Source: Candidatus Saccharimonadota bacterium (GTDB lineage: Bacteria; Patescibacteriota; Gracilibacteria; BD1-5; UBA2023). From it: a stretch of DNA of 32,000 bases. The translations under genes and the position numbers were made by a program. The DNA lies in the NCBI GenBank assembly GCA_042852035.1, contig BAAFHK010000001.1, forward strand, positions 420,001-452,000, written 5' to 3'. Of this stretch, positions 1 to 12,241 are shown one piece after another. Below the pieces are notes generated by a model, which worked only from the letters and a program-made list of their open reading frames with translations, was not told the origin of the DNA and ran no database searches. Numbering within the stretch: position 1 is the stretch's first letter; every line of letters begins with the position of its first letter.

Positions 1-95
1 AACAAGGTTTCACAAAAAGAAGAGGAAATACTCGAGTGCTAATTATAGAATAATAAATTGCAACTTTTAATTGATTCTGATACTGTATATGTATC

Positions 96-1574
96 ATGAG
101 TCTTGTCTGACAACTTCATCCACATTACGGAAAAAATGATATCGTTTGAGTTCATCGAGATACCGATCTTGTGCTTGCTTTATTTCGCGAACACCCAGAA
201 GTAAGTCAATTTAGAGATAAAGTTGTATGAATATTAGCACAAAATCCAGAAAAATGAACTCACTTGCGCAATAGGCTCCAAGAAGCATATGGCGATATGG
301 GAAAGCCATCAATACAAGAAATAAGCGATATTGATGCCCATAACCTTTCTTGAGTTGATAAATTACATTTTACCTATCAAAATCTTTTAGCATTTCGCTA
401 CTTCGCACAAAGATATCCAGTAGCTGCAACTGAAATATTTCTACGAAATATAAAAGAAATTCTCACAGAATATTGACTGAATGAAGCTAAAATAGTATCT
501 ATCTGACAAAGTGTTTGAGAGGTAACCTGAGAAGACTTTTGATGAACACTAGAAAATCTTAAAACCCATGTTGAGAGAATTGCTTTTCTTGAATGATGTA
601 TTGAAAGGGGGATATTTCTCAGTGAGATTATTGAGCATGCACAATACCAGAGGGATAAACTTAAAAAAGAACGTGAAGCCTCTTTTGAATACTGGGATTA
701 CAATAATATTGTAGTTCTCGCTCAAACACGAAAAAGGTGACTTAATAGAGGTAATGACTGAGGGAAATCATTCTCGCTTTCATGATGATCAGGGAATGCA
801 TTAACACAACTCAGTATAATCTCTAAATATATAGAAAGTGGATGACATATACGATCCATATCATGAACAAGTCTTTGATCTACTATAGCTGTTTTAGTGG
901 GTAGTATTTGAGATAATCGACAAAAAATGGAGCAACTTATGCAAGATATCCAATCTATGAATGAGCTCTGAGAAATTCCAAAAGATCTGAGAAGCTCAAA
1001 GAATCAAAAGGCATTTTTATCGACACTTAAAAGACTTCTCTTGAGATATTGAATCAATGATAAAACAAGGTTTTCGGATCTAAAAATTCCGGTAGTTATA
1101 AATGCCTGAAGACAATCAGGAAACCTAAGTGAACAAGAGATAGTTCTTTGATGAAATGAGCTTGTTATAGATTCTATAATGGCTTCTATGAATGTTCCAA
1201 TTGGATCAAAGAATATTGGAAAGTTTTGATGAACCAAAGTTCATTGAGTACCAATGATTGATTATGCTGCAAATGAACGCTGAAATCCTACCCACTGGCT
1301 TGAGCTTTTAGGAGAAGCACAAAAAAATATAGTTGCCATCGATGTGGGATACTCATCAGAAAGAGGATGAAGCCCTCTGGTAAGAAGATTATTCCAAAGA
1401 GCGACTATAAGGGATTTTTATGCAAAAATGCGCATAGCTACGAATGGAGGAATAGTAATAGACGCACCACTAGAATCTAAAGAATGATATTTATTCCCTC
1501 CTTGAGCTATTGAGAGGTTTTATAAGATTGGGGAAGAGCTCTATAAAAAATTTTTTAACGAGCAAGTCGAATAA
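96..1574 (+). CDS. patatin-like phospholipase with ~230-aa N-terminal extension (492 aa, table 25)
   Basis: One continuous frame only if TGA=Gly. The C-terminal half carries LSGGSGNAL (Gly-rich oxyanion loop), ISGTSLGS (GxSxG nucleophile elbow) and MIDYAANERGNP (Asp-dyad region). Ends TAA TAA. Confidence 0.6.
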
Positions 1575-2865
1575 TAAATCTCGCTCCTTGGGGGTGATTT
1601 TTTTCAACTTCAAGTCCTCATCGATGAAGACGAGCAATTCGATCAACAATCGATAGTCCTATACCCATGCTTTTATCTGTTTGATTTCTTCCTTTATCAA
1701 CACGATAAAATTTTTCTTTTACAAACTCAAGTTCACTATCTGGTATTCCAATTCCATTATCCTCAAAGATAAATATATATTCCTTTTGTTCTTTAAAATA
1801 TTTAATTCTGAGTTCTGTTGACTCACCAGAGTACTTTATAAAGTTTGAAATCATGTTATGTAAAATCTGTACATACATTCATTTATCCATACTTGTCATA
1901 GTATCTTCAGGGAAATGAAGTGAGATTTTCTGATGATTTTTATCAAGCTGTGGACGGTACTCTAGAATAATGGATTCCGATATTTTTTTAATAGAAAAGC
2001 GCTCCACTTTAACCGAATCAAAAACATCATGCGTCAATGACTCATAATCCATAATTCTTCATGTTATATGCGCTAAACGTTCTAGCTCCGATTGGAGAAG
2101 ATTCGCCGTTTTTGCATCAAGTTCCATTGCACCATCTTCAATAGCTTCTAGATAACATTTTACTGCTGTAATTGGTGTTCGTATTTCGTGGGAGAGATCT
2201 GAGAGAAAATCAGAGCGTATTTTTTCTTGGATTGAAAGGGATTTATGGAGATTATTAATAGTTCAAATAAGTGGACTAAACTCATTATTTGAAACATACC
2301 TAATGCTCGCATAATGCCTTCTATCGATAATATTTTGTAGGGTATTGGTTACAAGTATTATAGGCCTAAAAAGGGAGCGAATCCAAAGGGAGTAGCCTAA
2401 AAGAATAAACAAAAGCCAAGCAATATTCACAAGGACAATGTCACGAAGAATGTTTCTTACAAATTTTCATTCAATAGTTCATTCTGAAAATGCTGAAAGT
2501 CGAAATGAGGGAACTATGTTTTTTTGCCCTTGAATGAGAGGAAGCGATATCATGGAACCTCAAGTTGCATTTGAGTTCGACATGTAAAGCTCTGGATTTT
2601 CTGAAATATTTTCAAGGGAAGTTGAAAGATTTGAAAGCTCGGAAAGAATAGCAATATATTCAGCCTGATCATCCTTATTAAGCTTTCCGATTTGCAAAAG
2701 CGCTTGGATTCTATTTGGATCAGGAGACACATCAGTCTTGGCAAGCTCTTCAATGTATTCAGAAAAGTACTTATCAGAAAATATTTGAAACGCTCAAATA
2801 TTCACTACAGCTGTAAAAATCAGAAATACTCAAGTAATTATGGGAATTGAATAGGAAAGTCGCAA
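1555..2865 (-). CDS. sensor histidine kinase (HisKA + HATPase_c), N-terminal TM segments
   Basis: H-box FLSDLSHELRTPITAV. ATPase region ILHNMISNFIKYS ... FEDNGIGIP ... GIGLSIVDRIARLHRGGLEVEKNHPQGARFIIRL. Several in-frame TGA codons. The 3' end overlaps the patatin gene convergently by 20 nt. Start is uncertain (TTG at 2865 or a nearby ATT; no in-frame ATG near the upstream TAA). Confidence 0.8.
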
Positions 2866-3034
2866 AACTAAAATTTAGAGATAGAGTGGTATTTTAGAAA
2901 TCCATAATAAGCAGTCTTAATCATTTCGCAAATATTGAAAGAGATTTTTTTGTGATTTTAAGGCTTCCTTTTGTATTTTATTTACTTTTCATTATACTTC
3001 TGAACATTCTTCATTTTAGTTTCAATAAATAAAT

Positions 3035-4498
3035 ATGGTTCGAACTCGTTTAGCACCTTCACCTACAGGATATCTCCACATATGATCGCTTCGTACAGCA
3101 CTTTATTGCTATCTCTGGGCAAAAAAGAACCACTGACAATACATTGTTCGCATTGAAGATACTGATAGAACGCGACTTGTTGAAGGAGCGGTTGAGGCAA
3201 TATTAGAAACACATCATGAGCTTTGAATTATGCCAGATGAATGACCCCATCATGATGGTTGATATTGACCGTATACACAGAGTGAAAGACTGAAGGAATA
3301 TGCTCCACGCCTACATAAACTTTGCGATGATTGAACTGCTTACTACTGTTTTTGTTCAAGTGAAAGACTTGATGCCCTTAAAAAGGAGCAGGAAGAATTA
3401 AAGCTTCCTCCAAAATATGATGGCCATTGTCGTCATATTCCCCTTGAAGAAGCAAGAGAAAGAATTGAAAATGGAGAAAAATTTACGATTCGTCTCAAGG
3501 TACCAAAAGGAGAAACTATAATCTTTCAAGACCTTATTCGTGGAAGGATTGAGTTTAAAACAAGCGAAATTGACGACCAGGTTCTTTTGAAATCTGATGG
3601 CGAATTCCCAACATACCACGGTGCAATTGTCATAGATGACCACCTTATGGGAATTACTCATGTTATGCGATGAGAGGAATGGATTAGTTCTATACCAAAA
3701 CAGGTACTTACTGCAAGAGCACTCGGTATCGAACTTCCTCTTTATGCTCATCTTCCTAATGTACTTTGAGCGGATGGAAAAAAACTTTCAAAACGCACTG
3801 GTGATGTTTCTGTGAGTGAATATCTAAAAAAATGATATTTTCCCGAAGCACTTCTAAATTTTCTTGCACTTCTAGGATGGCATCCAAAACAAGACGAGGA
3901 AATTATGAGTATGCAAACAATGATAGAGAAATTTGAAATTACCGATATCCACAAATCATGAGCAATACTTGATCCTGTAAAGCTTGACTGGATGAATGGT
4001 GAATACATCAAAAAAATGGACATTGGAGAACTTCATGAACGATTAGCATCATATTTAAAGCGATACGAACCAGAATTTTATGAATGAGTCTTCTCTCAAC
4101 AAGATTTCGATTACAATGCTCGAATTATACGAGAAGTTCAAGGTCGAATGAAGAAACTTGATGAATTTCGACAACTTACTCTATTTATTTATGGGGGAGC
4201 TGAGATTAAAAAGAATCTTCTCGTAAATCCAAAAATGAAAATAGAATCAGAAAAGGAGTGAATCGAGGCGCTTCAATTTGTTCTTCCTTTGCTAGAGAAT
4301 GCTGATTTTTCATCTCTTGATAGCCTCAAATGACCTATACTTGAATCAATTGCTCAAAGCTGAAAAAAGAATGGTCAAATTCTTTGGCCACTCCGAGTAG
4401 CCCTCTCTGGTGAAGAATTTTCACCGTGAGCATTTGAACTTGCATTTATCCTAGGAAAAGAAAAATGTATCGAGAGAATTTGAAGGTACTTTGTATAA
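3035..4498 (+). CDS. gltX: glutamyl-tRNA synthetase (487 aa)
   Basis: [24 protein letters not shown], with the HIGH-motif Gly encoded by TGA at 3083-3085. Also [11 protein letters not shown] and a KLSKR (KMSKS-type) loop. Many further TGA codons are in frame. Confidence 0.95.
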
Positions 4499-4536
4499 AC
4501 CTTTTTCTATTTTTAAGAATTAAGTATAATACCCTC

Positions 4537-4872
4537 ATGAATTACGCAATTTTAAAAACAATCATAGAAACCTCACTAACCCAATACGTCTGTCAAAATT
4601 GTTCCATGAAATCTGATGAAAACTCATTTAATCTTACCAAAGTGAGCGAGGGGTCTGTTGATTTTCTCGTAACATGCCCTCATTGTCAGTTTGAAACACA
4701 TATGCATGCTGAAGTTGGGTCAGCTCAGTTAAATAATCAGATTCCACAAAATGGTACAACAAACAACATCGTTCCTGTAATTAAAAATAAAAACTCAATA
4801 CAGGAAAGCGATATTACGGAACTTGAAAAAAGTATCATGGATAGTAGCTCAATTGAAGATCTTTTAAAATAA
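4537..4872 (+). CDS. small zinc-ribbon protein (CxxC...CxxC), 111 aa
   Basis: ORF with CQNC ... CPHC pairs. I use the ATG at 4537 because the longer track ORF start at 4465 lies inside gltX. Confidence 0.5.
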   Translation: MNYAILKTIIETSLTQYVCQNCSMKSDENSFNLTKVSEGSVDFLVTCPHCQFETHMHAEVGSAQLNNQIPQNGTTNNIVPVIKNKNSIQESDITELEKSIMDSSSIEDLLK

Positions 4873-4879
4873 GTTTATT

Positions 4880-5269
4880 ATGTTTTCACGCCTCATTGCC
4901 TTCCTGCTTCTACTGTGAATTTCTTACGTTTGAGCTATTTTTTTAGCTCCCGATTTTATAGACCTCTACTGAAATAAAGAAGTAAATGAAAAAATTCGCG
5001 CACTGAAGCGCGAAACTGAACTTGATAGGATATCAAATAATTCTTGAACACTACTTGATAAGACAAAAGATATTGCGCGACCATTTATTGAGCAATCAAA
5101 AGACATAGTAAATCAGACACAAGAAAGCCTAAATCAACTCAATACAGTTGTTACAGAAAAATCAGAACAAGCAAAAGATGTTATAGAAAGTGCTCAAGAA
5201 ACATATAAGAAAGCTCAAGAGACAAAAAGCAAAATAGAGGGACTCACAAATTTTTGAACTGGAAAATAA
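4880..5269 (+). CDS. membrane-anchored coiled-coil protein, 129 aa
   Basis: N-terminal hydrophobic helix MFSRLIAFLLLLGISYVGAIFLAP followed by a K/E/Q-rich helical region. Four in-frame TGA codons. Ends TAA. Confidence 0.5.
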
Positions 5270-5277
5270 AACTGCTT

Positions 5278-6321
5278 ATGAATTTTCACACACGAAATAG
5301 ATACGAAGATCGCAGAAGGGGGTCAAAAAAATCAGGAAACTGAACAAAATTCTTCGCATTCTTTTTATGAGTTCTCTTTGTTCTTCTTTTTTCATATTTT
5401 AGTATACTCTGAGTTTGAGATACGCTTATAAAGTCTTGAACCTATAGCCTCGAAAAAGGCGCAACGGTAATGAGTGTGCCAGATGCATTTTCAATTAAAG
5501 TTAATCCATTTACCTATAAACTTTATATCCGTTTCTTTGCTCCAGAAATAAAGCTCCAAGCATGAACCTATAAAATAAATGAGGAAACTACATTAGAAAA
5601 AATTTTTAGCACCACTCTTCAAAAGCCAATATACAATGATCTTACTATCACCATACTACCAGGATGGAATATGTATGATATTGATAACTATTTGAGTGAA
5701 AAACGTATTCTTGAAGCTGGATCATTTCTTATAGCGGCTCGTGATCATTTCTTTGATCTTAAAAAGAAATATAAATTCCTAGAATGAAAAAATAGTCTAG
5801 AATGATTTCTCTATCCTGACACATACAGAATTCTTCAGTCCTCTGATGCATACATGATTCTCGATAGACTCATTTCCGAATGGGAGAAAAAAATTTGAGA
5901 TCAATATACTTCGCTCGGAGACAGTGCCTACAATGAGCTTATACTTGCATCAATTGTTGAAAGGGAAGAAAGAAATAGCAAAGAGCAGCCAATAGTTGCT
6001 GGTATTCTTGCTAAGAGAGTAAAAGAAAAAATTCCGATGGGAGCAGATGCAACTGTATGTTATGAATATGCCATGACTCAAAAACAATGCACCCCTGAGG
6101 CTATAGCAAAAGTAATAACTATAAAATCCTCATATAATACAAGAAATCAGCTCTGATATCCACCTACACCAATTGCAAATATATCTCTAAAAACTTGGCA
6201 ATCTGTCCTCAATAAATCATCTTCTGAATATTATTACTATCTTCATGATAGCGACGGTATTATTCATTATTGAAAAAATCTTACAGAACATAATCAGAAT
6301 AAAAGACAGTATCTCCAGTAA
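5278..6321 (+). CDS. mltG: endolytic murein transglycosylase MltG/YceG family (347 aa)
   Basis: N-terminal TM helix. YceG-like core LASIVEREERNSKEQPIVAGILAKRVKEKIPMGADATVCY ... YNTRNQLGYPPTPIANIS ... YYYYLHDSDGIIHYGKNLTEHN. Confidence 0.85.
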
Positions 6322-6397
6322 GACATTCTTACATTTGTCTTACCATAAGCCTTTATGGTAATCCTATAAATTTCTTATTCCTTCTTGCAATCATTTC

Positions 6398-7915
6398 ATG
6401 ATAAACTCTATTAATACATTTCTCACTCCTGTCGAGAAATTTCTAAAACAGAAGAGTAAATATATCTCCTATTTTCTGATTTTTCTTTCGATATTTGCAT
6501 TGGTTTTTTATATAATTCCTTTTATTTCTATAAGCAATTGAAATATTGGATTCACAAATAGCAGTTCGATAGCCTGAATGCAGAAAGAAAGCTGAGAACA
6601 GGCCCTAAATGTTCTTTGGATTATACTTTGGATTCCAATTTTTGCTCGTGTTCTCCAAATTCGAGTAACACAAAATCTTATGCCTCTAAGAAAAGAGCTT
6701 GGGATTCTCATGTGAGTTCTTGCTTTTATTCATGGATGAATGTATATTTTTCCATACTCATCTGAATTGGGAACGAAAGGATTTTGGATAACTGATGGAT
6801 TTTTTTCCTATCTTGCATTTGGCTTCTTTGCATTCATACTTACCATACCGCTTCTACTTACCTCTAATAATTGGGCAATGAGACTCCTCTGAAGGAAGTG
6901 GAAACTATTGCATAGGGCGGTATATTTTATTCTCATATTCACAATAGCACATGTCGTACTCTTAAAATGGTACCTTCACCTTGAGATAATACCTGTCATA
7001 CTCTTATTCGCTTATATGATCGGGAAATATTTTGAATGGTCGAGCAAAACTATCTGAGGAAAACAAGAAAAATGAATTATAAATGCCTGACAAAAATGGC
7101 TCTGTGTCCCATGTTGATATATTTATGATCCTTCAATTTGAGATATTGATAGTGGAATTAAGCCTGGAACTGAATTTGTAGATATTCCTGACGATTGGAG
7201 TTGTCCATTGTGTTGAGTTAAAAAATCTGATTTTATACCATATAATGAAGACGAAGAAGAGGCAACAAGTATTGCTCTCGTAAAAGAAAAAAAGATGCTA
7301 AATGCCACTACCGTTGAACTTACCATAGAAACCGAGGAGAATCACTCAAGCAAAGCATGACAGTTTATGAGTTTCCTTTGGAAAGATAAGGAGGGTCAAT
7401 TTCCTCGATCATACTCAATTGCTCACCACGAATGAAATCAATTTACATTTCTTATAAAACTTTCTCTCGAATGACGATGAGCAAAATGCATTAGAGATTG
7501 TGAAGAGTGAGACATTGTTCGTATTCGCAACATTGCATGATGATTCATCCTCCAGGATACATCTCTTGAGAAAATTTTTATTGCCACTGGCACATGACTC
7601 GCTCCCATCTATCGAATGATTCAAGAAGACAATAAACGAGCAACTCCCTCAAAAAAAACCCTGTATTTTAGTGTCTCCACAAAAGACGAACTCTTTTATC
7701 AATCTCAATTAGAAGCTATAGAAAATCTTAATCTCAATATTCATATTACCCGAGAAAAGATTGATGGATTTCATTTCTCAAGAGTAAATGTTGAATCAAT
7801 AGATGCACCAAAAGAAACGGAATGGTATCTTTGCGGAAATCCAAAAATGGTATCTGAAACTCGAACTACACTCCTGAGCAAATGATATAAAAATGTTTAC
7901 TCAGAAGAATTCTAG
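6398..7915 (+). CDS. fusion protein: ferric-reductase/YedZ-like 6-TM domain + rubredoxin + FNR-like FAD/NAD(P) oxidoreductase (505 aa)
   Basis: TM region has His in FIHGG and an HRAVYF..IAHV pair. Rubredoxin is [47 protein letters not shown]. FNR motifs are RSYSIA (RxYS FAD site), FIATGTGLAP and WYLCGNPKMV. The linker stays open only through three TGA=Gly codons. Confidence 0.75.
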
Positions 7916-7927
7916 AAGACTTTTTTT

Positions 7928-8317
7928 ATGTTTTCATTTAAAAAAATCATCTCACTCTATTCAATTTTTTGAATACTCTTTTTTCTTTGATTGCAAATTA
8001 TTAATGCCTCAAAGGAAGGAAATTATATATTTTTAGGTTCAGGGAGCTCTGGATTTATTACCTGTAGCAATTTTGATATTCATTGCGAAAAGATTGATGA
8101 CTCTACGATAGTTTGTGAAAGTAATGGAAACCTCTGAATAAATCATCAGACCAACTTAAGAGAGATACCTTTTGGAACATTAGGCTACACATGATATTTT
8201 ATAAAAAATTGTTTGGGATCATGGTCATCCTGAGTTCCTAAATCTATAGGAAAAAACTATAAGAATCCGGATCCATTTATCTATCCATTTGTAAAAATTA
8301 TAAAGATACAAGTCTAG
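7928..8317 (+). CDS. small secreted/membrane-anchored Cys-containing protein, 129 aa
   Basis: Signal/TM-like N-terminus IISLYSIFGILFFLGLQIINA. Open frame with TGA=Gly. Ends TAG. Confidence 0.45.
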
Positions 8318-8358
8318 GATAAACTCTATCCTTTTTATTTCGTATCTTTTACTTTCCT

Positions 8359-8949
8359 ATGAAAACTTTTTTTATAGCTCTTCTATGAGCCATTTTTTGA
8401 GCTGCTGGATTTATTATTTATAATAACAGTACCCATAACCCCTTTTTGGATTACTACACCACTGAAAATGCTGTTGCAGTAAGCCCACATGATCTTCGAA
8501 TGGAGATGGATAAATGACTCAATAACACAATAATCGTTGACTTGAGAACACATGAAGAATATAAAATGGAGCATATACGTTGAGCCATCAATATACCTGG
8601 AGTGGAGAACTCAGACAAAGATTCCAAAATGCAGAGAGAAAGAATTATTTCCGAATTCAAAAAACTCCCAAAGGATAAACGAATTATTATCCATTGTTAC
8701 ACGCATTACTGCATGCTTGCAAAACATGTCTGACTTATGCTAGCTGAAGAATGAATTCAGGTACATGAGCTTAATATCTGATGGAATGAATGGAGAAATG
8801 AATGGGATCTCTGGAATGGTGAATGAACCAGTAAAAATATAGATATAAGTACCTACCTCGAGTGAAGTAATGTACAATATATTAAGCAAAACCAGTCAGG
8901 CTCAATAGATATAAAACCCTGCACAAAAGATGGCCTCACTTGATGTTAA
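8359..8949 (+). CDS. membrane-anchored rhodanese-domain protein (196 aa)
   Basis: N-terminal TM helix. Rhodanese-like IVDLRTHEEYKMEHIRGAINIP ... KRIIIHCYTHYCMLAKHVGLMLAEEGIQVHELNIGWNEW. Confidence 0.7.
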
Positions 8950-8980
8950 GAAGATTGTAGACTATCAATATCTTTCAATT

Positions 8981-9009
8981 ATCTCTCGATATTTGTCGAG
9001 AGATTTTTG
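8981..9009 (+). terminator. rho-independent terminator after the rhodanese gene
   Basis: atctctcga-tatttg-tcgagagat (9-bp perfect stem) followed by a tttt run. Confidence 0.6.
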
Positions 9010-9135
9010 ATTTTTCTCTTTCTATAATACGCTTTCCATATACACTCGAGGGTATAGATTAATTCATTGTTTTTAAGAAAACCTTATATAAATAAAGCTT
9101 TTTTTGAATCAAAAAATATATAACTCATTCTCCTT

Positions 9136-10305
9136 ATGACTTCTACTATAGTTTCTAATATTTTCAATAATCTACTCACACTCAACGAAAAAACTCTTGA
9201 TGCATTTTTTGATGAGGTGAAGACAGTTTTTAAAGAACTCAAAAAGGAAGGAGATATTGATAACCTTAAGGTTCTACGAAATCAACTACAGTCAATCCGT
9301 GAAAATCAAGGAAATGAAGTAAGAAAAAAAAGTAAGGATGAATATCGTAGATTAGTTGATATTATTGATGATATAGACGAGATAATTGCTGATTTTGCTA
9401 AAGAAGCAAAAAAGAAAATTATTCTTGTTGATGTTGTAAAAAAATATAAGAAGAAGATGAAGCCCCTTAAAGAGCTTCCTGAGGAAAAAAGAAAAACCCA
9501 TCAACTCGTTGCTGCGAGAAAGACAGACATAGACTATGAAGCTGAGATGCTCATGCTCCAGCTTGAACTTACAAAGCTTCAGCGCTATATTAATGAAAGC
9601 GGACAAAAAGTTCTCATCATCTTTGAATGAAGAGATGCTGCAGGGAAGGGGGGGAATATAAAGCGATTTATGGAGTCTCTCAATCCTCGTACCGCAAAAG
9701 TTGTGGCACTCATGAAACCATCCGAAACTGAAAAATGACAATGGTATTTTCAGAGATATATTGAACACCTTCCAAATGCTTGAGAGATGGTTTTCTTTGA
9801 TAGATCTTGGTATAATCGGGCATGAGTAGAACCAGTAATGTGATTCGTAACACAGGCTGACTATGAGAAATTCATGAAGGATGTACCTGAACTTGAGAAA
9901 ATGCTCGTAAAATCTGCTGGAATTAAAATTATCAAATTTTATTTTTCCGTATCAAAAGCAGAGCAAGCTGCACGTTTTGAAGAAAGAAGAACAAATCCCC
10001 TCAAACAATTTAAGCTTTCTCCTATAGATCAATTCTCTCAGCAACTATGGGACAGATATACTCTCGCAGAGTATGAAAATTTTACTCGAACTCATACCGA
10101 TTGGGCTCCTTGGGTTATAGTTAATAGCGATAATAAAGAAGCGTCTCGAATCAATGCCATAAAGTATGTTCTTAATCAATTCGATTATCCAGGCAAAGTT
10201 CGAAGTGAAAAATTAAAACTTGATGAATCAATTATACGGTCAGGAAAGGATAAGGCTCGGATACTCAAAGATGAGATAGCAGGGAAGAAGTGACTCTTTG
10301 AATAA
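9136..10305 (+). CDS. ppk2: polyphosphate kinase 2 with ~140-aa charged N-terminal extension (389 aa)
   Basis: [19 protein letters not shown] (Walker A; the Gly after FE is TGA at 9628-9630), [18 protein letters not shown], lid and C-terminal PPK2 regions. The two track ORFs 9136-9630 and 9874-10293 join in frame. Confidence 0.9.
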
Positions 10306-10318
10306 AAACCCAAGAAAC

Positions 10319-11548
10319 TTAGTGAATGCTCTTTCCTACTACATAACCACTTGCCCAGCAAATCTGCAAACTAAATCAACCAGTATATCAGTCAACATTT
10401 AAAATCTCTCCTGCAAAGTAGAGATTTTTTTGGATTTTTGATTCCATTGTCTCAGGATGAATTTCATGAGTATTTACTCATCAGGCGGTAACAAATTCAT
10501 CTCAGGCCCTTCTTTCTAAAAGGGTAATTGGTATACCTTCTCAAAGAAGTTTTGCGATATCGTCTCGACTTTTTTTGGATATACCTCACACAAAACTCTC
10601 TAAAAGCCCAGGAAAAAACTCTTTTACAAATATCTCAGAAAATCTTTTTGGGACTTTCTCAGAAAGAATAGTTATAAGGAATTTCTTTGGAGACCTTTCG
10701 AATCACTCTTTAAGAAAATTATCCCACTCTTTAAATCCCATATCTGCTCTAGGGGAAAATGAAGTATGAAATGCACTTCATTTTCCTATATTAATCCATG
10801 CGATCTCTGCAGAAAGCATAAATGCAAGGGGTCAAGATATGCCAAAATGAGTAAGGATCAGTCCTCAGTGAAGCTTTTGGTTTATTTTCGCTTTTTCAAA
10901 AGCAATTCCTGAGAGTTCGTGAATCCAAGTTTCTTTCGTAAGAAAGGAGGAAAGTGAAGGTCAAAGCATACTTATTGTATGTCAAAATTCTCGAGCCAAG
11001 CTATATCAATCACCTGTTGATCCAGTATGGGAGTATGCATTTCATCAAGTTGCAATGACGACTATATCAAAAATATATTCTGATTTTGCTGAATGAAGTA
11101 AAAAATCATGAGCACTGGATTGTATGCCTATAACTCACTCTCAGTAATGAAAAAATATTCTATTGCGATATTTTGCAAATAAAGAATGGAAGACTCAAAG
11201 AACGTCCCGTGCATTATCACTTATAGGAAATACTCTTGCTTCTGGTTCAACTTTAAGCCTCAGTCAATGTCACTCAAACCACTCATAACATTTTTTTGGT
11301 CAAAATTTTCACATTGCCTTTTTAATAAAATCCCAACCCCTTACATATTTCATTTGAAGCACTTTTTTATCATCTATAGCGGTCGTAATATTACACCTTC
11401 CTCAGCCTGACAAAAGAAGTTTTTTTCAAGGCTCAGAATTTTTTTCGAATATATGTATTTGAAAATCTTGAATATCATTCCTTTCCAACAAAGTAGCAGC
11501 AGACATGAGTCATGCTGGTCACGCTCAGATGATAGCTATTCTTTTCAC
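10319..11548 (-). CDS. BaiN/HI0933-like NAD(P)/FAD-dependent oxidoreductase (409 aa)
   Basis: (M)KRIAIIGAGPAGLMSA, LSGGGRCNIT, ATGGNAYSHTGSTGDGYSLAREFGH, YFAGEILNVDGYTGGFSLQICWASG. Likely GTG start at 11548. About 30 in-frame TGA codons. Confidence 0.85.
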
Positions 11549-11674
11549 AGAAAGAGTATAAATAAGTTTTTTTTAATACCAAAGAATTCTCATATAAAAA
11601 TGAAAAAATCTTTTTTTGTCACAAACTTTGAATATACTCGTCATGCATTTGTATACATAAAAAACCAATAATAC

Positions 11675-12241
11675 ATGCTAACTCGGGATATTGAACGAGC
11701 GAAAAAATGAGAAAGTGATGCGTTCGCAACACTCTACGATGCAACGTATGACCAAATCTATCGTTACATATTTCATCGTGTACTCGATACGATACATACT
11801 GAAGACATCATATCAATCGTGTATGAAAAAGCACTAAAATGAATCAAGAAATTTCGAGGAACATCTGAAAATGAACTCTACTCATGGCTATACCAAATTT
11901 CTTATACTTCAATAATTGATTATAGCCGATGATCTCACGATATAGAATCTCTTGAGGAAGTAACCTGGGAACCAGTCTATCATGAGGAGAAAGGGAATAC
12001 TCTTGATAACAAAGAAAAGCTTGAAGAAGTCCTTCTCTACCTTAAAACTCTTTCAGAGAAAGAACGAAGCATTATCACGATGCGAATATGGGACGATATG
12101 GACTATAGCGAAATAGCGAAAATAACCGGAGATAGTGAAGCAAATCTGAGAAAAATAACCTCACGAACCCTCGCAAAGATTGCCTCAAATGTATCGCCAC
12201 TAGCTTTTGTATCTTTTATACTTATTCATGTCTGGAAATAA
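11675..12241 (+). CDS. ECF-type RNA polymerase sigma-70 family factor (188 aa)
   Basis: Region 2-like FATLYDATYDQIYRYIFHRV ... YSWLYQISYTSIIDY. Region 4 HTH is LSEKERSIITMRIWDDMDYSEIAKITGDSEANLRKITSRTLAKI. Confidence 0.8.

Noticed and set aside
1-95. Possible 3' end of an upstream plus-strand gene at the left edge
   Set aside because: All three frames hit TAA within 70 nt, and the fragment is too short to choose a frame or assign a product.
3398-4023. Track ORFs 3398-3751(-) and 3748-4023(-), 117 and 91 aa
   Set aside because: They are antisense to gltX, whose plus-strand frame is continuous and motif-rich under table 25. The minus-strand products are Cys/Phe/Ser-rich with no motifs.
9352-9768. 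Track ORF 9352-9768(-), 138 aa
   Set aside because: It is antisense to ppk2 and has a hydrophobic, low-complexity product. It spans the spot where the standard code falsely splits ppk2.
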